Assembly: GCA_951406725.2 (NCBI GenBank)
Contig: OX597838.1
Location: 19,468,001 to 19,532,000, forward strand
DNA from: Octopus vulgaris
Taxonomy: Eukaryota
DNA length: 64,000 bases
Reading direction: 5' to 3'
Of this stretch, positions 1-13,996 are shown piece by piece (positions within the stretch are counted from its first letter, which is position 1; each line of letters begins with the position of its first letter). Below the pieces are notes generated by a model. The model ran no database searches. It was not told where the DNA came from and saw only the letters and a program-made list of their open reading frames with translations. The translations under genes and the position numbers were made by a program.

Positions 1-469
1 ACGCAGACATCAACCAGTCGAATGGGATAAAACGAGAGGGAGATAGAGAGACAGAAGAAAGAGAGAGAAAGAGAGGGAAGAAAGAAAAAGAGATAGAAGA
101 AAGAGAGAACGAAAGAGAGAAAGAGAGAGATATATACACAAAACAATAAACTCCTGTTTTTTTTTGTTTTTTTCCCCAGGCCGGTATAAACAGAGATAAG
201 GGTAGCAATACACACATTTATCACGATAGGTTTACGCTCTGCTTTCTTCCGACTAAATTCTTCCCGAGAACTTTATTGGTCAAACACAAAAGCAACAGTC
301 GAAAACATTCTCACAACTTTCCGCACAGTGCGGTCGAACCCGGAACCACGTGTTTGCAAAAGCGAACCTCTTAACTACTGACAGACTGACTGCTCAATAC
401 GTTAAGTGTGTGTGTGTGTGTACATATATATATATATATACACACACATACATAAATATGCATGATCTA

Positions 470-486
470 CCTACCTACCTACTTAC

Positions 487-539
<53 letters not shown>

Positions 540-545
540 CGTCTA

Positions 546-619
<74 letters not shown>

Positions 620-720
620 CGTCTATCTATCTGTCTGTCTGTATATCTATCTATCTATCTATTCACATACATGTATGTATGTATGTATGTATGTATGTAT
701 GTATTTATGTATCTATGTAT
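470..720. repeat. (TATC)n followed by (TATG)n microsatellites
   Basis: Tetranucleotide tandem repeats visible directly; they produce the YLSI/MYVC pseudo-ORFs. Confidence 0.95.
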
Positions 721-2086
721 ATATATTGAACACACGCGCGCGCACACACACATACATATCTGCTTTTTCTTTTTGCTTTGCAACACCAAGACATTTAATG
801 CTTCATGTATAAAATATGTCAAACCTGTCTCTGCGTGTGTCTATAGGAGCAATACCGACAAGAGTTTGTTTGTTGCTCACACAAACACACACACACACGC
901 ACATCCAAACTTATTCACAGAAGCTAGCATTGACATATATATATATATATATATATCCACGCACACAGACACTCAAAACATCCGAGTATATCCATACACA
1001 CAACCATCCAAATACATATATATATATCCATATACATATGCAAACATCTAAACACACGCACACACAAATATCCAAGCATATCCACACACACACACACACA
1101 CACCATAAGAACTCTAAGTCAAATATAATGACCACCATGCATTCCAACCTCCTCCTCCTCTTACCTTCTCGGTCTCCCTCCTCCTTCCTCTCTCTTCTTT
1201 TGTGAATACCTCCCTCCCTCCAACCTCTCTCTCTCTCTCTCTTCCTTCCGAGAGCTCTTGTTTCCATATCTTTATCTGCAACTGCCTCATCCTCACCCTC
1301 TCCCTCTCAACTTCATTTCTTTCTCTCTCTCTCTCTCTCTCACTTTCTTTTACACTCCTTTCCCCTCTTGTCTCCTCCCTCCAAATATTGGTCTCCACCG
1401 CCATCGTACGTTTTCCTCCTCTGCGATCATTGTTTACATTATTTCTCTCTTTCTTTCTTTTTTTTTCTCTCTCTCTGCATCTATCTACCTACCTATCTAT
1501 CTATCTATCTATCTTTCCTCTCACCTTACCCCACTTCAGCAATCACTGCACACTCTACACCACCTCCTCTTCTTCAGTCACTACATTCAATATCTCTTCT
1601 TCTTTCTCTATCACGCTCTTTATCACTACTCTTTCTATCACTCCCTCCCTCCCTCACTCACTCTCTTCTCTCTCTCTCTCTCTCTCCTCACTTTATTCCT
1701 CTTCTTCACCACTTTCAAACGGAGACAGACGTATATGCATACATTTTGAAACTGTTTTATGCACTAACGTTCCACACACACGTAAACACAGACACACATA
1801 CACACACACACATATATATATATATAATACACATAAACATACGCACACACACACATGCATTCACATACACGCACACACGAACATATCTATGTATCTGTTT
1901 CTCTCTTTCCCTCTTCCTCTTCCTCTCTCTCTCTATATATATATATATCTATATCTATATATAAATATATGTATTCTCACGCGCGAACACACACACACAC
2001 ATGCATACACCTACACATACACACAAAAACATATCCTATCTATTTATCTATCTATATCTTTTACCGCGCGCACACACACACACATG

Positions 2087-2126
<40 letters not shown>

Positions 2127-2265
2127 CATACATACAAGTAGGTAACATTCTTTTTTCTAATGTTGAATTCCACTTTTCCACTAATGTCTTTTTTCTCTTA
2201 TTTTGTCTTTCGTACTCTCACCAACACCCCGTATACATATTTCACTCACTCTCTCACTATCTCAC

Positions 2266-2301
<36 letters not shown>

Positions 2302-2815
2302 CTGTCACCGTCTCTTTTTACACTTTTTAATAACTCCGTGTCTTGTCTTACAAAAATAATTGCAGCCTCCCCCTCCCTCATATCTCTCTTGTGATACATG
2401 TGACAGTAAGAGATATACAAGAGTGAGGGAGGAGATATGGACACACACACACACACAGACGCACACATACACTGATAACATGCATGTATACAAGCTGATA
2501 ATCACATGCAATTTGAGCAAACGCATACGGTTATACAATATATATATATATATATATATATAATATACATACATACAGAGACAGACACTCATACAGATTA
2601 CTACTACACAAGCACACGTTAAATACAGATACACCTATGTACTTACTTATACACACACGCACACACACATACATGTGTGTGTGTGTGTGTGTACGTGCTC
2701 ACGTCTATGTGTGTGTGTGTGGGTATGTGTATCAATGAATAACAATTTACAGATGAAAGGACTCGATATTAGTTATAGAGCAAAATGTGGGTGTGTGTGT
2801 CTATATATATATAGA

Positions 2816-2868
<53 letters not shown>

Positions 2869-2929
2869 TCACACATTCATATCTGTCTGTCATTCTACCT
2901 GCCTAACTACCTATTTACCTGCCTGTACA

Positions 2930-2955
2930 TCTATCTGTCTATCTATCTATCTATG

Positions 2956-3020
<65 letters not shown>

Positions 3021-3043
3021 GTCTATCAATCTATCTATCTATG

Positions 3044-3092
<49 letters not shown>

Positions 3093-3093
3093 G

Positions 3094-3168
<75 letters not shown>

Positions 3169-3169
3169 G

Positions 3170-3231
<62 letters not shown>

Positions 3232-3240
3232 CATCTACCT
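2930..3240. repeat. (ATCT)n microsatellite
   Basis: About 300 bp of near-perfect ATCT repeats. Confidence 0.95.
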
Positions 3241-3867
3241 GTCCGTCCATCCATCCATTCATTCTAATTGTATGTATGTATGTATGTATGTACGTACGCG
3301 CCTGTGTGTATGTATGTATGTATGTATATATATGTGTGTGTGTGCATCAACATTCTTTCGCCGCGTGAGAGAAGAGCTGGAGCATACACACTCACACACA
3401 CGTCTAATATGCTTGATTATCATCCAATAATCACATGCAATTCAGCTATAAAGTGTATGTAACACAACTAAAGCATCTGCACTCTCTCTTTCCCCCCCTC
3501 TCTCTCTCTATCTCTCTCTTTCTCACACACATACACTCACACATACACACACCACGTTGTCACAAAAGATAACCTTGAGTCCTTGAACGTTAGCACTATT
3601 TGCACTGCACAGAAATATAATGGTGATCTGTAACTAGGAAGAAAAACTTGCAGTTTGAGAAAAATCGGATTGGCCACCAAACTTGCGCAACGTAATGCTA
3701 AAAAAAACCGCAGGTTGTCGGGTATAGTAGAAGCAGGGCTAGATTCATGTATGTGCCAACATGAGCCATGGCCCAGAGCGCTCTGCAGGCATTAGGATCT
3801 CTCTAGCCCAGAGAAGCAGAAACGATAGGAAAGATATTTACGGCAATCAAATGAATAATTTGTACTG

Positions 3868-4690
3868 CTTTTATTTGTTTCAGTTACTAGAGTGCGGCCA
3901 TGTTGGGGTAACGCTTTGAAGGACTTTTCGTCGAACGAATCGATCCCAGCACTCATTTATTTATTATTTTTTTCTTGAAGCCTGATAGTATTATATCGGC
4001 ATTTCTTGCTGAACCGCTAAGTTACGGGGACGTAAATACATCAATACCTGTTGTCAAGCGGTGGAGGGGTGTGGAACAAATACACACACACAAACATACA
4101 TATATATATGACAGGCTTCTTTCAGTTTCCTATTTCTTTACTGCCCACAAGTGGCTAAACGCAGAGGACAAACAAGAATAGACAAACGGATTAAGTCGAT
4201 TATATCGACTCCAGTGCGTAACTGGTACTTATTTAATCGACCCCGAAAGGATGAAAGGCAAAGTCGACCTCGGCGGAATTTGAACTCAAAACGTAGCAGC
4301 AGACGAAATACCTATTTCTTTACTACCTACAAGGGGCTAAACACAGAGAGGACAAACAAGGACAGACACACGGATTAAGTCGATTATATCGACCCCAGTG
4401 CGTAACTGGTACTTAATGTATCGACCCCGAAAGGATGAAAGGCAAAGTCGACCTCAACGGAATTTGAACTCAGAACGAAAAGACAAACGAAATACCGATA
4501 CGCATTTCGCCTGGCGTGCTAACGTTTCTGCCAGCTCGCCGCCTTGGCTTCTTTCAGTTTCCGTCCACCAAATCTATTCAGAAGGCTTTGGCCAGTCTGG
4601 GGTTATTGTAGAAGATACCTGTCTAAGTGCCACGCAGTGGGATTGAATCCGAAACTATGTAGTTGGGAAGCAGGCGCTCACCACACAGTC
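3868..4690 (-). mobile_element. tRNA-derived SINE family B (CORE-like), interrupted by a family A SINE
   Basis: Reverse complement matches the family B copy at 42140-42586; split at 4130/4546 by a nested insertion. Confidence 0.85.
4131..4543 (-). mobile_element. SINE family A (GGCGGCGAGCTGGCAG head, MetaSINE-like central domain), dimeric, nested
   Basis: Head plus two body units with GCCTTTCATCCTTTCGGGGTCGAT; 17-bp TSD GGCTTCTTTCAGTTTCC at 4114-4130 and 4546-4562. Confidence 0.9.
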
Positions 4691-5466
4691 ACTCACAATT
4701 TTTCAAAAATTTCAATAAAATTCTTTGAAAATTATTGATTCCTCTTATGATTTATTTCAGCTTTAAAAAACCATTGAATTTAACTGAGTCCTTCTGAATC
4801 TACCGAGGTCCTTATACATATGTATATATGTGTGTGTGTGCAACGAAATCTCCTTAAACTAGAAACCCTTAAATATGTATTACCCTAGCCAAGAAGAACA
4901 ATCACACGATATCAATGTAGAATGTAAGGTAAACAACTAAACCACCTTAAACCAAAATAAACAAGAACCTGTAGCGGGGATTCGAAACCGAATTCCTGGA
5001 TAAGCAGTCAAACATCACAACCATTTCACCTGATCAGTCTAATAAGCAACCAATCAGTGCTAAGCCAACGCGTGATTTAATCTTCTAAAATTTTCTTGTA
5101 CCCTATAAAAGGCCGCTTCTAACGGTAATTAAATGCAGAATGTTGAAGCAGCTGAGCGATATGTGCCTCCGTTCTTGTCACATCAGATGGTTCCAGATAT
5201 TTACGTAGACATCTCCAGGTTTTTGGACAGACTGAACTAAACATTCATACAGTGTCTCATGAATCACTTGTTCGAATGCGGCGCGAGATTTTTTTTTTGT
5301 TTCCATAGTCTGTGGTTATTGTCGTCGATATCTGTACAAAGGTCAACGCAGTTTGTCTTTACATGCGATAATAAAATATTCCGCTAAAGGCTCGAGGTGG
5401 TTTCTTCAGTTACTTCTTTACGCAGCCCAAGAAACATACTTTCATTCAGCAACTCAGACACCACCA

Positions 5467-5690
5467 CAGACCAGACGACACAAATGCTCAGTCGACAACA
5501 GACGAGACGACACAAATGCTCAGTCGACAACAGACGAGACGACACAAATGCTCAGTCGACAACAGACCAGACGACACAAATGCTCAGTCGACAACAGACG
5601 AGACGACACAAATGCTCAGTCGACAACAGACCAGACGACACAAATGCTCAGTCGATAACAGACCAGACGACACAAATGCTCAGTCGACAA
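5467..5690. repeat. 32-bp minisatellite, 7 copies
   Basis: Unit CAGAC(C/G)AGACGACACAAATGCTCAGTCGACAA at 5467, 5499, 5531, 5563, 5595, 5627 and 5659; no spacers. Confidence 0.95.
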
Positions 5691-5904
5691 AACCAAGTAT
5701 CCTTTAACAAACTCAACCTTTTTGAGAATGAGGGACAACTAAGAACAACGAAACCACAAGATATAACAGATTCAGAGAGAACAAGCACTTCGAACATATA
5801 CTCCTGTCATCAGCTGCCATACAAATATCATTATGATAAATTTTGGAAGCATACTTTAGCCACCATGGCTAATATCAGAAAACGTGGCATACACGGAATA
5901 CAAT

Positions 5905-6202
5905 TATTTTATTTTATTTATGTGCCCTTTTCAAGCCTAGCCAGGCTCATGGGCCCGGTTTCCCGGTTTCTATGGACGCGTGTCCATCGCAGCGTTACTC
6001 AAGAAACAGGAAGAAAGAGTGAGAGAAAGTTAGGGCGAAAGAGTACAACAGGGGTCGCCACCACCACCCAACTGCCGGAGCCTCGTGGAGCTTTTAGGTG
6101 TTTTCGCTCAATAATCACACACACAGCGCCCGGTCTGGGAATCGAAACCACGATCCTCCGACCGCGAATCCGCCGCCCTAACCACTGGGCCATTGCGCCT
6201 CC
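5905..6202 (-). mobile_element. SINE family D (tRNA-Arg-like head), tail type 1
   Basis: Reverse complement begins GGAGGCGCAATGGCCCAGTGGTTAGGGC with A/B-box-like motifs; shares its head with 56124 and 41184. Confidence 0.85.
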
Positions 6203-7324
6203 AAGTATAATTATAGAATAGCTTTTATTAAATTTCCAGGTGCTTATGCAAAACGTTGACATAATACTAAATTTCAAAAGAAAAATAATTATTGCTGTCA
6301 TTTATGCCATCTACTTCTCCCAATCTTTCTATGATTTTTTTCTGTTTCATATTGAGTGTGTGTGGTGGGGAAGGGGTGTTTCGTTGCCTGCTACCACACC
6401 TAGTATGTGCACTCATCCTACTCCTCCCATGTCAACTATCACTGCATCTCTGTTTTACTCTTCCCATCTTTACATATTGCAAAGAGTGACTGAAGAAACC
6501 AATAAATCAACCAACATTTATAATATCTGCTATGATTAAATGATATCTATCTATCTATATCCCTCTGTACACACACACACACACACACATACATATAGGG
6601 ACTCCAAGAGAAAATTAACTAGGCGGAGAAAAATTACTTTAAGGCTCCCGAGACGGGGAGGAGTTTCTCGAAATCTTAGGGTACTGAAGCCTTCTTTGTT
6701 TGCGGGAGTGGGTAAGAAGAAGCCCCGGGTCTACATACCGGCTGAAGCGTGCTCCCCTGAACCCTTTACACATTCATACATATATAAATGAAATGTTTGT
6801 AAAATCATTTGAGCAATGCAGGTGAGGAGTTAAGTAAGGTGATGTCAATGAATGAAAGCTAAGAGAAAAAATCTTGCATTGTTCTATATAGGTTATTTAA
6901 TGATCCAATAATATTTCGGAAAATATTCTCCTTTTCAAATAGAAGAAAATAATCAAAGCGTTCTGAGAAATATGTTATTATTGGTAGCCACAAGTGCGCG
7001 CACCGTAGTGAATATGCAACTGTGTTTTATATTTTTCGTTTGTCATATCTTTTATTTAAAATTGGTTTTGCTATATTTCAGTATGAATTCGTTACATTCG
7101 TTTGAAGTGCTAAAGTGTCTAGGAACATCAAATATTTCTTCTGAGCCTGGTCATCTGAATAAAGTACTTCTAGATAAAAAGTAGAACTCGCAGGAAAAAA
7201 TGAAAAATCAAAGCAATACTTTAGGTTAAAACTAGGCCATAGTCTTTTGTTGACATCTTTTGAAAGAAAGCCTGCTTTCTCCACGCACTCAAACACACGC
7301 AGAAACATATATATAAAATAAAAT

Positions 7325-7372
7325 GTATGTGGTGGTAGTCTCTCGTAGTCTGAGAAGGACGGTTCCGCAATC
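7325..7372 (-). mobile_element. RTE-like LINE 3' tail remnant
   Basis: Reverse complement GTCCTTCTCAGACTACGAGAGACTACCACCACATA resembles the 3' hairpin tails of the elements at 12929 and 16052. Confidence 0.4.
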
Positions 7373-7528
7373 TCTTGCTGAACAACCTGCACAGATGATT
7401 CGTTTATTGTGATTAAATGTTTGTGTTGCAAATAAGCTCACTCCCTTCCTGAATTCGATGATGTCAGAACAGGTCAGGTGTTGAAGTAATCGCAGAAGAA
7501 ATGTGGCTAATGGCGTGAGTCTTGATTG

Positions 7529-7594
7529 GAAGAAGAAGAAGAAGAAGAAGAAGAAGAAGAAGAAGAAGAAGAAGAAGAAGAAGAAGAAGAAGAA
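7529..7594. repeat. (AAG)n microsatellite
   Basis: Perfect trinucleotide run. Confidence 0.95.
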
Positions 7595-7952
7595 GCAACG
7601 GCCATCCAATAGCTGGGAGTAAGAGACCTCTAGTCGTTGTTTAGACATCTCTTTAGGAGAAAGGAAATTCCAAAATAACATCCGCCTCATTGCAAAGCCA
7701 GAAACCTTGCCCTTGCTTGTCTCTGATCTACTTGACTGAATTTTGCGATGTTGTGCAAGCTATTATTTACTGAACTAATTTTAAATTTCAGTACGGCATT
7801 GTTGGGAGCCGTTGTCTTTACCAATCCAAGAAAAGATAATTAGCCCCAGCTTTTGTCTTTAACATCCAGGATATGATAATCTGTCGGTGATGGTCATAGA
7901 CATGTACGAGTTGACAGTCACTATGTATGTATATATTTATATAAATGAGTGT

Positions 7953-8296
7953 GAAGGCGCATGGCTCAGTGGTTAGAGTGTCAAGCTTTCGATCGTGAGG
8001 TTGTGAGTTCGAATCCCGGACCGGACTGCGTGTTGTGTTCTTGAGCAAGACACTGCATTTCACGTTGCTCCAGTTCACTCAGCTGTAGAAATGAGCTGCG
8101 GCGTCACATGTGCCAAGCTGTATCGGCCCCTTTGCCATTCCCTTGGATAACACTGGTGGCGTGGAGAGGGAAGGCCGGTATGCATGGGCGACTGCTGGTC
8201 TTCCATAAACAACCTTGCCCGGACTTGTTCCTCGGAGGGTAACTTTCTAGGTGCAATCCCATGGTCAGTCATGACCGAAAGGAGGTGGGGGTCTCA
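7953..8296 (+). mobile_element. SINE family C (tRNA head plus CTTGAGCAAGACACT core)
   Basis: GGCGCATGGCTCAGTGGTTAGAG A box, GAGTTCGAATCCC B box, conserved core; truncated relative at 46907. Confidence 0.85.
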
Positions 8297-8874
8297 GCAA
8301 TATGAATAAGTGTATGTTAATTAAGATAAAAATGTATCCTCCAGATACAAAAGAAAATACATCGCGATGCAAACTCATTTATATAATGGAGAAGGCAAAC
8401 TTTAAAAATATGCATCTTCACTGTTTGAGTCACAGCATCCGATGTTTTGTAAAAATTTCCCACACGGATATAGTTTTGCTAATTACGAATATTGCGTTTA
8501 TGTTTTAAAGAAAGTTAGGAACCTGTAAAGATAAAAATATTTTCTAATTTTCCCCCAATCAGAAACCTCCATTTTCGTCATACCTGAAATCACAATTGTT
8601 TTGAGCTGACGATCTTAGGAGGAGGGCCTTGTTATTATTTTTTTAATATAAAGAAAATAACAACATTAAGGTTCCGAATTAAGTTTAGTGTTAGAGTTTA
8701 GGGTTTAAGATTAGAGTTGGGATTTAGAGTTAGGGTTAAGTGTTAGTGTTTAAGGTCAGGTATTGGGGTTTATGAATTAGGATTAGAGTTAGATTTAAGG
8801 CTTAGGGCTGGGGTTTAGTTTTAGGGAACATGGTAAGGGGTTGAGGCTTAACGTTAAAAGTTTAGGGTCTAGAG

Positions 8875-9555
8875 CAGTGGTTCTCAACCGGGTCCTTGTA
8901 AGACTTTGTGGTGGGGGGTCTACGCAAGTAAAATAGTAAATTGGGGGTTCACAGTACAATTTTAAGGGTCCATGAAAAAAAATGCCACTTTGGATATTTA
9001 TTGCAAGAAAGAGTTAGGTTTCTTTCTCTCACATTTTACATAGTTCAACCTACACAAATTAATGTATGAAAGACAATATAGGAATTTTGAAAGAAATATT
9101 TTAGGGGATTCACCAGAATAAAACTAGTAATCAAAGAAATAAAACAGAAGTCATAGGTTCAGGGGTGGTTGTGTTGTAAAAAGCTTGCTTCTCAACCACA
9201 TGGTCTTGGGTTCAGTCCTACTACATGGCACCTTGTGCAAACCTTGCGAGTGGATTTGGTAGACGAAGATTGATAGAAGCCCGTTGTGTGTGTGTGTGTG
9301 TGTGTATTTGTCCCTCACCACCGCTTGACAACCGGTGTTAGTGTGTTTACGTTCCAGTAACTTAGCGGTTCGGCAAAAGTGATCCGATAGAATAAGTACC
9401 AGGCTTTCAAAAAAAAACAAAAAAACACCGGAGTCTATTCATTCGACTGAAAATTCTTCAAGGTGGTGCCCCAGTATGGCCGCAGTCAAATGACTGAAAC
9501 AGGTAAAAAAATAAATAAAGGGGTCCATAGACAAAAAAATGGTTAAGAACCACTG
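8875..9555. mobile_element. hAT (Charlie-like) MITE
   Basis: TIRs CAGTGGTTCTCAACC and GGTTAAGAACCACTG; decayed 8-bp TSD GTCTAGAG / ATCCAGGG (5/8 match, NTCTAGAN-like target). Confidence 0.8.
9155..9510 (+). mobile_element. SINE family B nested in the hAT MITE
   Basis: Matches 42140-42586, including the internal (TG)n and the TGGCCGCAGTCAAATGACTGAAACA tail. Confidence 0.85.
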
Positions 9556-10380
9556 ATCCAGGGTTAAATTTTAGTTTTAGTGTATAGTCTTAGGGATCAG
9601 AATTTAGTGTTAAAGGTTAAGATTTAAGATTAGGGCTTAAGGTTAGGACAAGGGTCAAACCTATTAGAAAATTGCTGCCTTGCTTCGAACAATATCGTTG
9701 ATTTGTTTGCTTTCATTCCGTAACTCTTCTTGATATCTCGAAAGGTTAACATTTTCAGTTTCTTTCCATGAAAATTTTCATCTTTAAAGGTTTCGTATGG
9801 CTTTCATTTTCTTTCATTAAATGCTTTTTTATTCATCAAAATAACTAAATGCATAAATAAACATAGAAATTATTTGCGGTACGTCGACGTTGGAGGCTGC
9901 TGAGTAAATTTACCAAAAAATATCGATCTTTAAAGCCCGTTATTATTATTATTATAATGTTTTTTTTTCATCATTAATTTCTCTGAAAAATGGAGGTGCT
10001 TCTCGTAATTATCATGTAAAACTACGGAGAACTAAAATAAAACCGGGCACAGCAATTCCAAAAGAAAGAAAAAAAGATTTAAAGTTCTTATAATTAGTAT
10101 ATTGAGGTTTCATATAGATTTGAAATAATAGATTGTGAAGTGTGAAGGCATATATATGTGTTTATGTGTGAGTGTGTTTGTGTGTGTGTTGAGGGGTGGG
10201 TGGTATGTGTATGTACACCCACACATATGTTTATGTACATATACGTTTGTGTAGTTGTCTTACAAGATTCTTAACGTGAAATGGTGTGTTGAAGCAAATA
10301 TTGTTTTACTTGGGGACGGTCATATCTTGCCAATTAAACACACGCACTATATATTTCATCTTTACTTTGTGTGTGTGTGC

Positions 10381-10420
<40 letters not shown>

Positions 10421-10433
10421 GTATGTATGTATG

Positions 10434-10486
<53 letters not shown>

Positions 10487-10793
10487 GTATATATATATAA
10501 TTATATATATGTATGTATATGTTTTTATCATTTAATTGATAACTGATATATATATATATACAAACATAAATATATGTGTGTGCATATATATATATATATA
10601 TAATGAACGCGAAAATTAATTTCTGTGTCAGTGTGTCACAATTAATCCCCCCCTCTCTCACTATTCAATGACACTCCTACTATTCCTCATGATGGTAGAT
10701 GAAATACCGCTAGGCATTTCACCCGGCGTGCTAGGATTCTGCCAGCTCGCCGCCTTGATATAATATAATATAATATAATATAATATGATATAA

Positions 10794-11175
10794 TCTCTCT
10801 CTATATAAACGGCAGTTTGTCTGTGCGTGTTTCTGTGTGTCTGTCAGGTTGTACCCTCACCCTGACCACGGCTTTCAACCGATTCTGATGAAACTTGACA
10901 CACACATAGCCCAATGTCATAATTCAAAACTAACGCAGCGAAAATTTTGAAAAGTTCCCCCAGTTCTGAAAAAAATCGATAAATTCGACATGGGGTCGAG
11001 AATTAGAAACACAAACCGCAAACTGTCTAGGGGACGCAACTCCACCTTTTTTAACTAAAAAAAAATTTACCATCATTTTTTTCCATTTTTTTGCTATTTT
11101 TTGGCTATAACTCTCTAAAAATGCTTTATAGTTATTTCCCTTACAAACCTGAGCAACGCCGGGCGATACTGCTAG
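10794..11175 (+). mobile_element. Non-autonomous Helitron
   Basis: 5' TC after A; subterminal hairpin CCTGAGCAACGCCGGG; 3' CTAG followed by T; no TSD; inserted in (ATAAT)n. Its 3' 120 bp is shared with 57294-57690. Confidence 0.85.
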
Positions 11176-11316
11176 TATAATATAATATAATATAATATAA
11201 TATAATATAATATAATATAATAAACGTGAATGTATGTATGTCAGTGTGTCACACTTCCATTACCGCGATTGTTTACGGCGATCTTTTTTTACATGATTAT
11301 TATTATTTTTTTTTGC

Positions 11317-11400
11317 GACGAATATGATTATTATTGGGATATGACTCTGGAGGAAGCAATTGCAAAACATTCTCCGAAGCATTTCAGAGATCTGTTTGCA
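11317..11400 (+). pseudogene. Helitron RepHel coding fragment
   Basis: DEYDYYWDMTLEEAIAKHSPKHFRDLFA resembles the RepHel linker motif LLEDDxHWDxTLEEAxxxxSPxxLRxLFA (recalled, not searched). Confidence 0.6.
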
Positions 11401-11447
11401 GATAGGGCGGCTTTTAAGCGAGTATATATATATATATATATATATAT

Positions 11448-11482
<35 letters not shown>

Positions 11483-11826
11483 TAACATAAATAATATATA
11501 AATATATGCATATATGCATACATATATGTACATACCTACACATATATGTATATATACATGCATATATGGGTACAGAACACACAAAAAAAAAAACGTGGAC
11601 ACAATGAGAAACGAAAACATAAAAACAAAAACATAGAAAACGAACTTTTTTTTTTCGAACAACAAAAAAACCCAAAACAAACAGAACCGAGATATGCAAC
11701 CGCTGTATGAAAACATATGCATATTGGGTTCTAACAACTGGTTATTATTATCGCGGTGCCTAAGCGAAATCATCACACATAAATCCCACCACACACACAC
11801 CACCACTGCTACAACCCCCACCACAC

Positions 11827-11904
<78 letters not shown>

Positions 11905-12054
11905 CTTTTATCTTTTACTCTTTTCAGTCATTAGACTGCGGCCATGTATCAACCCCAGTGCTTACTGTTTATAATCCTGGTACTTATTCTGTCGGTCTCT
12001 GTTGCCGAACCATTAAGTTACGGGGATGTACACACACCAGCACCAGTTGTCAAG

Positions 12055-12283
12055 CGGCGAGCTGGCAGAAACGTTAGCACGCCGGGCGAAATGCTTAGCG
12101 GTATTTCGTCTGCGTTACGTTGTGAGTTCAAATTCCGCCGAGGTCGACTTTGCCTTTCATCCTTTCGGGGTCGATAAATTAAGTACCAGTTACGAACTGG
12201 GGTCGATGTAATCGACTTAATACCTATGTCTGTCCTTGTTTGTTCCCTCTGTGTTTAGCCCCTTGTGGGTAATAAAGAAATAG
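12055..12283 (+). mobile_element. SINE family A monomer, abutting a partial family B copy (11905-12058, minus strand)
   Basis: GCGGCGAGCTGGCAGAAACG head, GAGTTCAAATTCC B box, CCCCTTGTGGGTAATAAAGAAATA end. Confidence 0.9.
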
Positions 12284-12831
12284 GTTGTGGGGATAAAAAA
12301 CGTATACGTATACAACTGGACGGGAAACAGACATTGAGGGTCCCTAATTCTTCATCAGTTTCGCACCATTAATGGTAAAACCGAGGACTTCCCATATTGG
12401 CGGTGCCTGCGAAAGTTGCAGAGAATGTAGGGCCCCAAGCAAACAAAACAAAGAAGATGGAAAAAGACGAAATAAACGAGCAAAATACGGTCCTACGACC
12501 GACCAAAAGGACAAGAATGGTGGGTAACGCTTAGAAGAGGTCCTGAAGGATATAAAAAAAAACAGCAAACAGCAAGACAGAGAAATATATATATGATGAA
12601 TAGCTTTGCAGAAACCATGGTACGCTTTGTTTTCTGACTTTATAATCATCTCATAATAATGACTTTTATGACTTTTATTACTACCTCAGTCCATCTAAAT
12701 GTATATATTTGTCGTTACCTTTCATAAAAAGCCTTTTTTTAAAATTTACAATGTGCATTTTCGTTGATTTTTCATATTTTACCCTTACATTTCCACGTGT
12801 ATTTTATATTTTCTTTTTTGTAACATATTTC

Positions 12832-13265
<434 letters not shown>

Positions 13266-13539
13266 AAGGTCATTGTCATTCACCATCTCGATCGTTACAT
13301 TCTTCTATATATTTGTGAAAAGGGTGGACGTTGTCTCACAAGCAGTTGTGCAGGCAAAAGTGTTAGTAAATGTGGTCGGATTGAACTGAAAATTTGCATA
13401 CCTATGTTAAGAGTGCCGGGGAGTTTGCATGGAAACTTTGATTTTGCTCAATTGAAAGGTGTGGCCTCTAGGGCAAAATTCCTCATCTTTAAAATGTGGC
13501 TCGAGTAGACGCGAATGAAATATCGGGTTATAATCCTAG

Positions 13540-13570
<31 letters not shown>

Positions 13571-13706
13571 CTGCTTGGTTTGTAAGCTTAAAGGGCTCAA
13601 AACTGATCTTAGATTCAAATATTCAATATCGGCTATTTTTCGTCGATACTAAGTTCTAAATATAGTCTGAGAAGCCATAACTGGCGAAACAGTCATCAAT
13701 GGTAAA

Positions 13707-13758
<52 letters not shown>

Positions 13759-13952
13759 ACACTCACATACTACGAGAAAAGTTCGGTAATATATTTTGGA
13801 TGATCCAAAAGTCAGGTGTCGAGAAGTTATCATGCTGTGTACAGACATGAAAAGGTAGACCTTTTTCTGGGGAACCGACTACACGTTGGGATAGCCCCAA
13901 GAATTATAGGTTATAGAACCAGCTAAAATAATATCAATATAATAGTATATTA

Positions 13953-13995
<43 letters not shown>

Positions 13996-13996
<1 letters not shown>

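Larger units (their letters stand above)
8680..9657 (+). repeat. Degenerate TTAGGG-like interstitial tract (8680-8874 and 9556-9657), split by a hAT MITE
   Basis: TTAGGG/TTAGAG/TTAGTG variants on both sides of the insertion. Confidence 0.7.

Noticed and set aside
350-3462. Long ORFs of 150-385 aa (also 22954-23929, 43348-44037, 45635-46261, 59025-60331)
   Set aside because: Translations of stop-free microsatellites ([16 protein letters not shown]); no protein-like complexity.
5467-5690. CRISPR-like array (32-bp repeats)
   Set aside because: Repeats are directly adjacent with no unique spacers, there are no cas genes, and the context is eukaryotic.
5397-6221. 274-aa ORF as a gene, with TATAAAA at 5104
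   Set aside because: It runs through a minisatellite and an antisense SINE, starts at GTG and has no recognisable domain.
7953-8030. Functional tRNA genes at SINE heads (also 43888, 46907, 56124) and at 39795
   Set aside because: Acceptor/anticodon stems do not close and the sequences continue into SINE bodies or are truncated.
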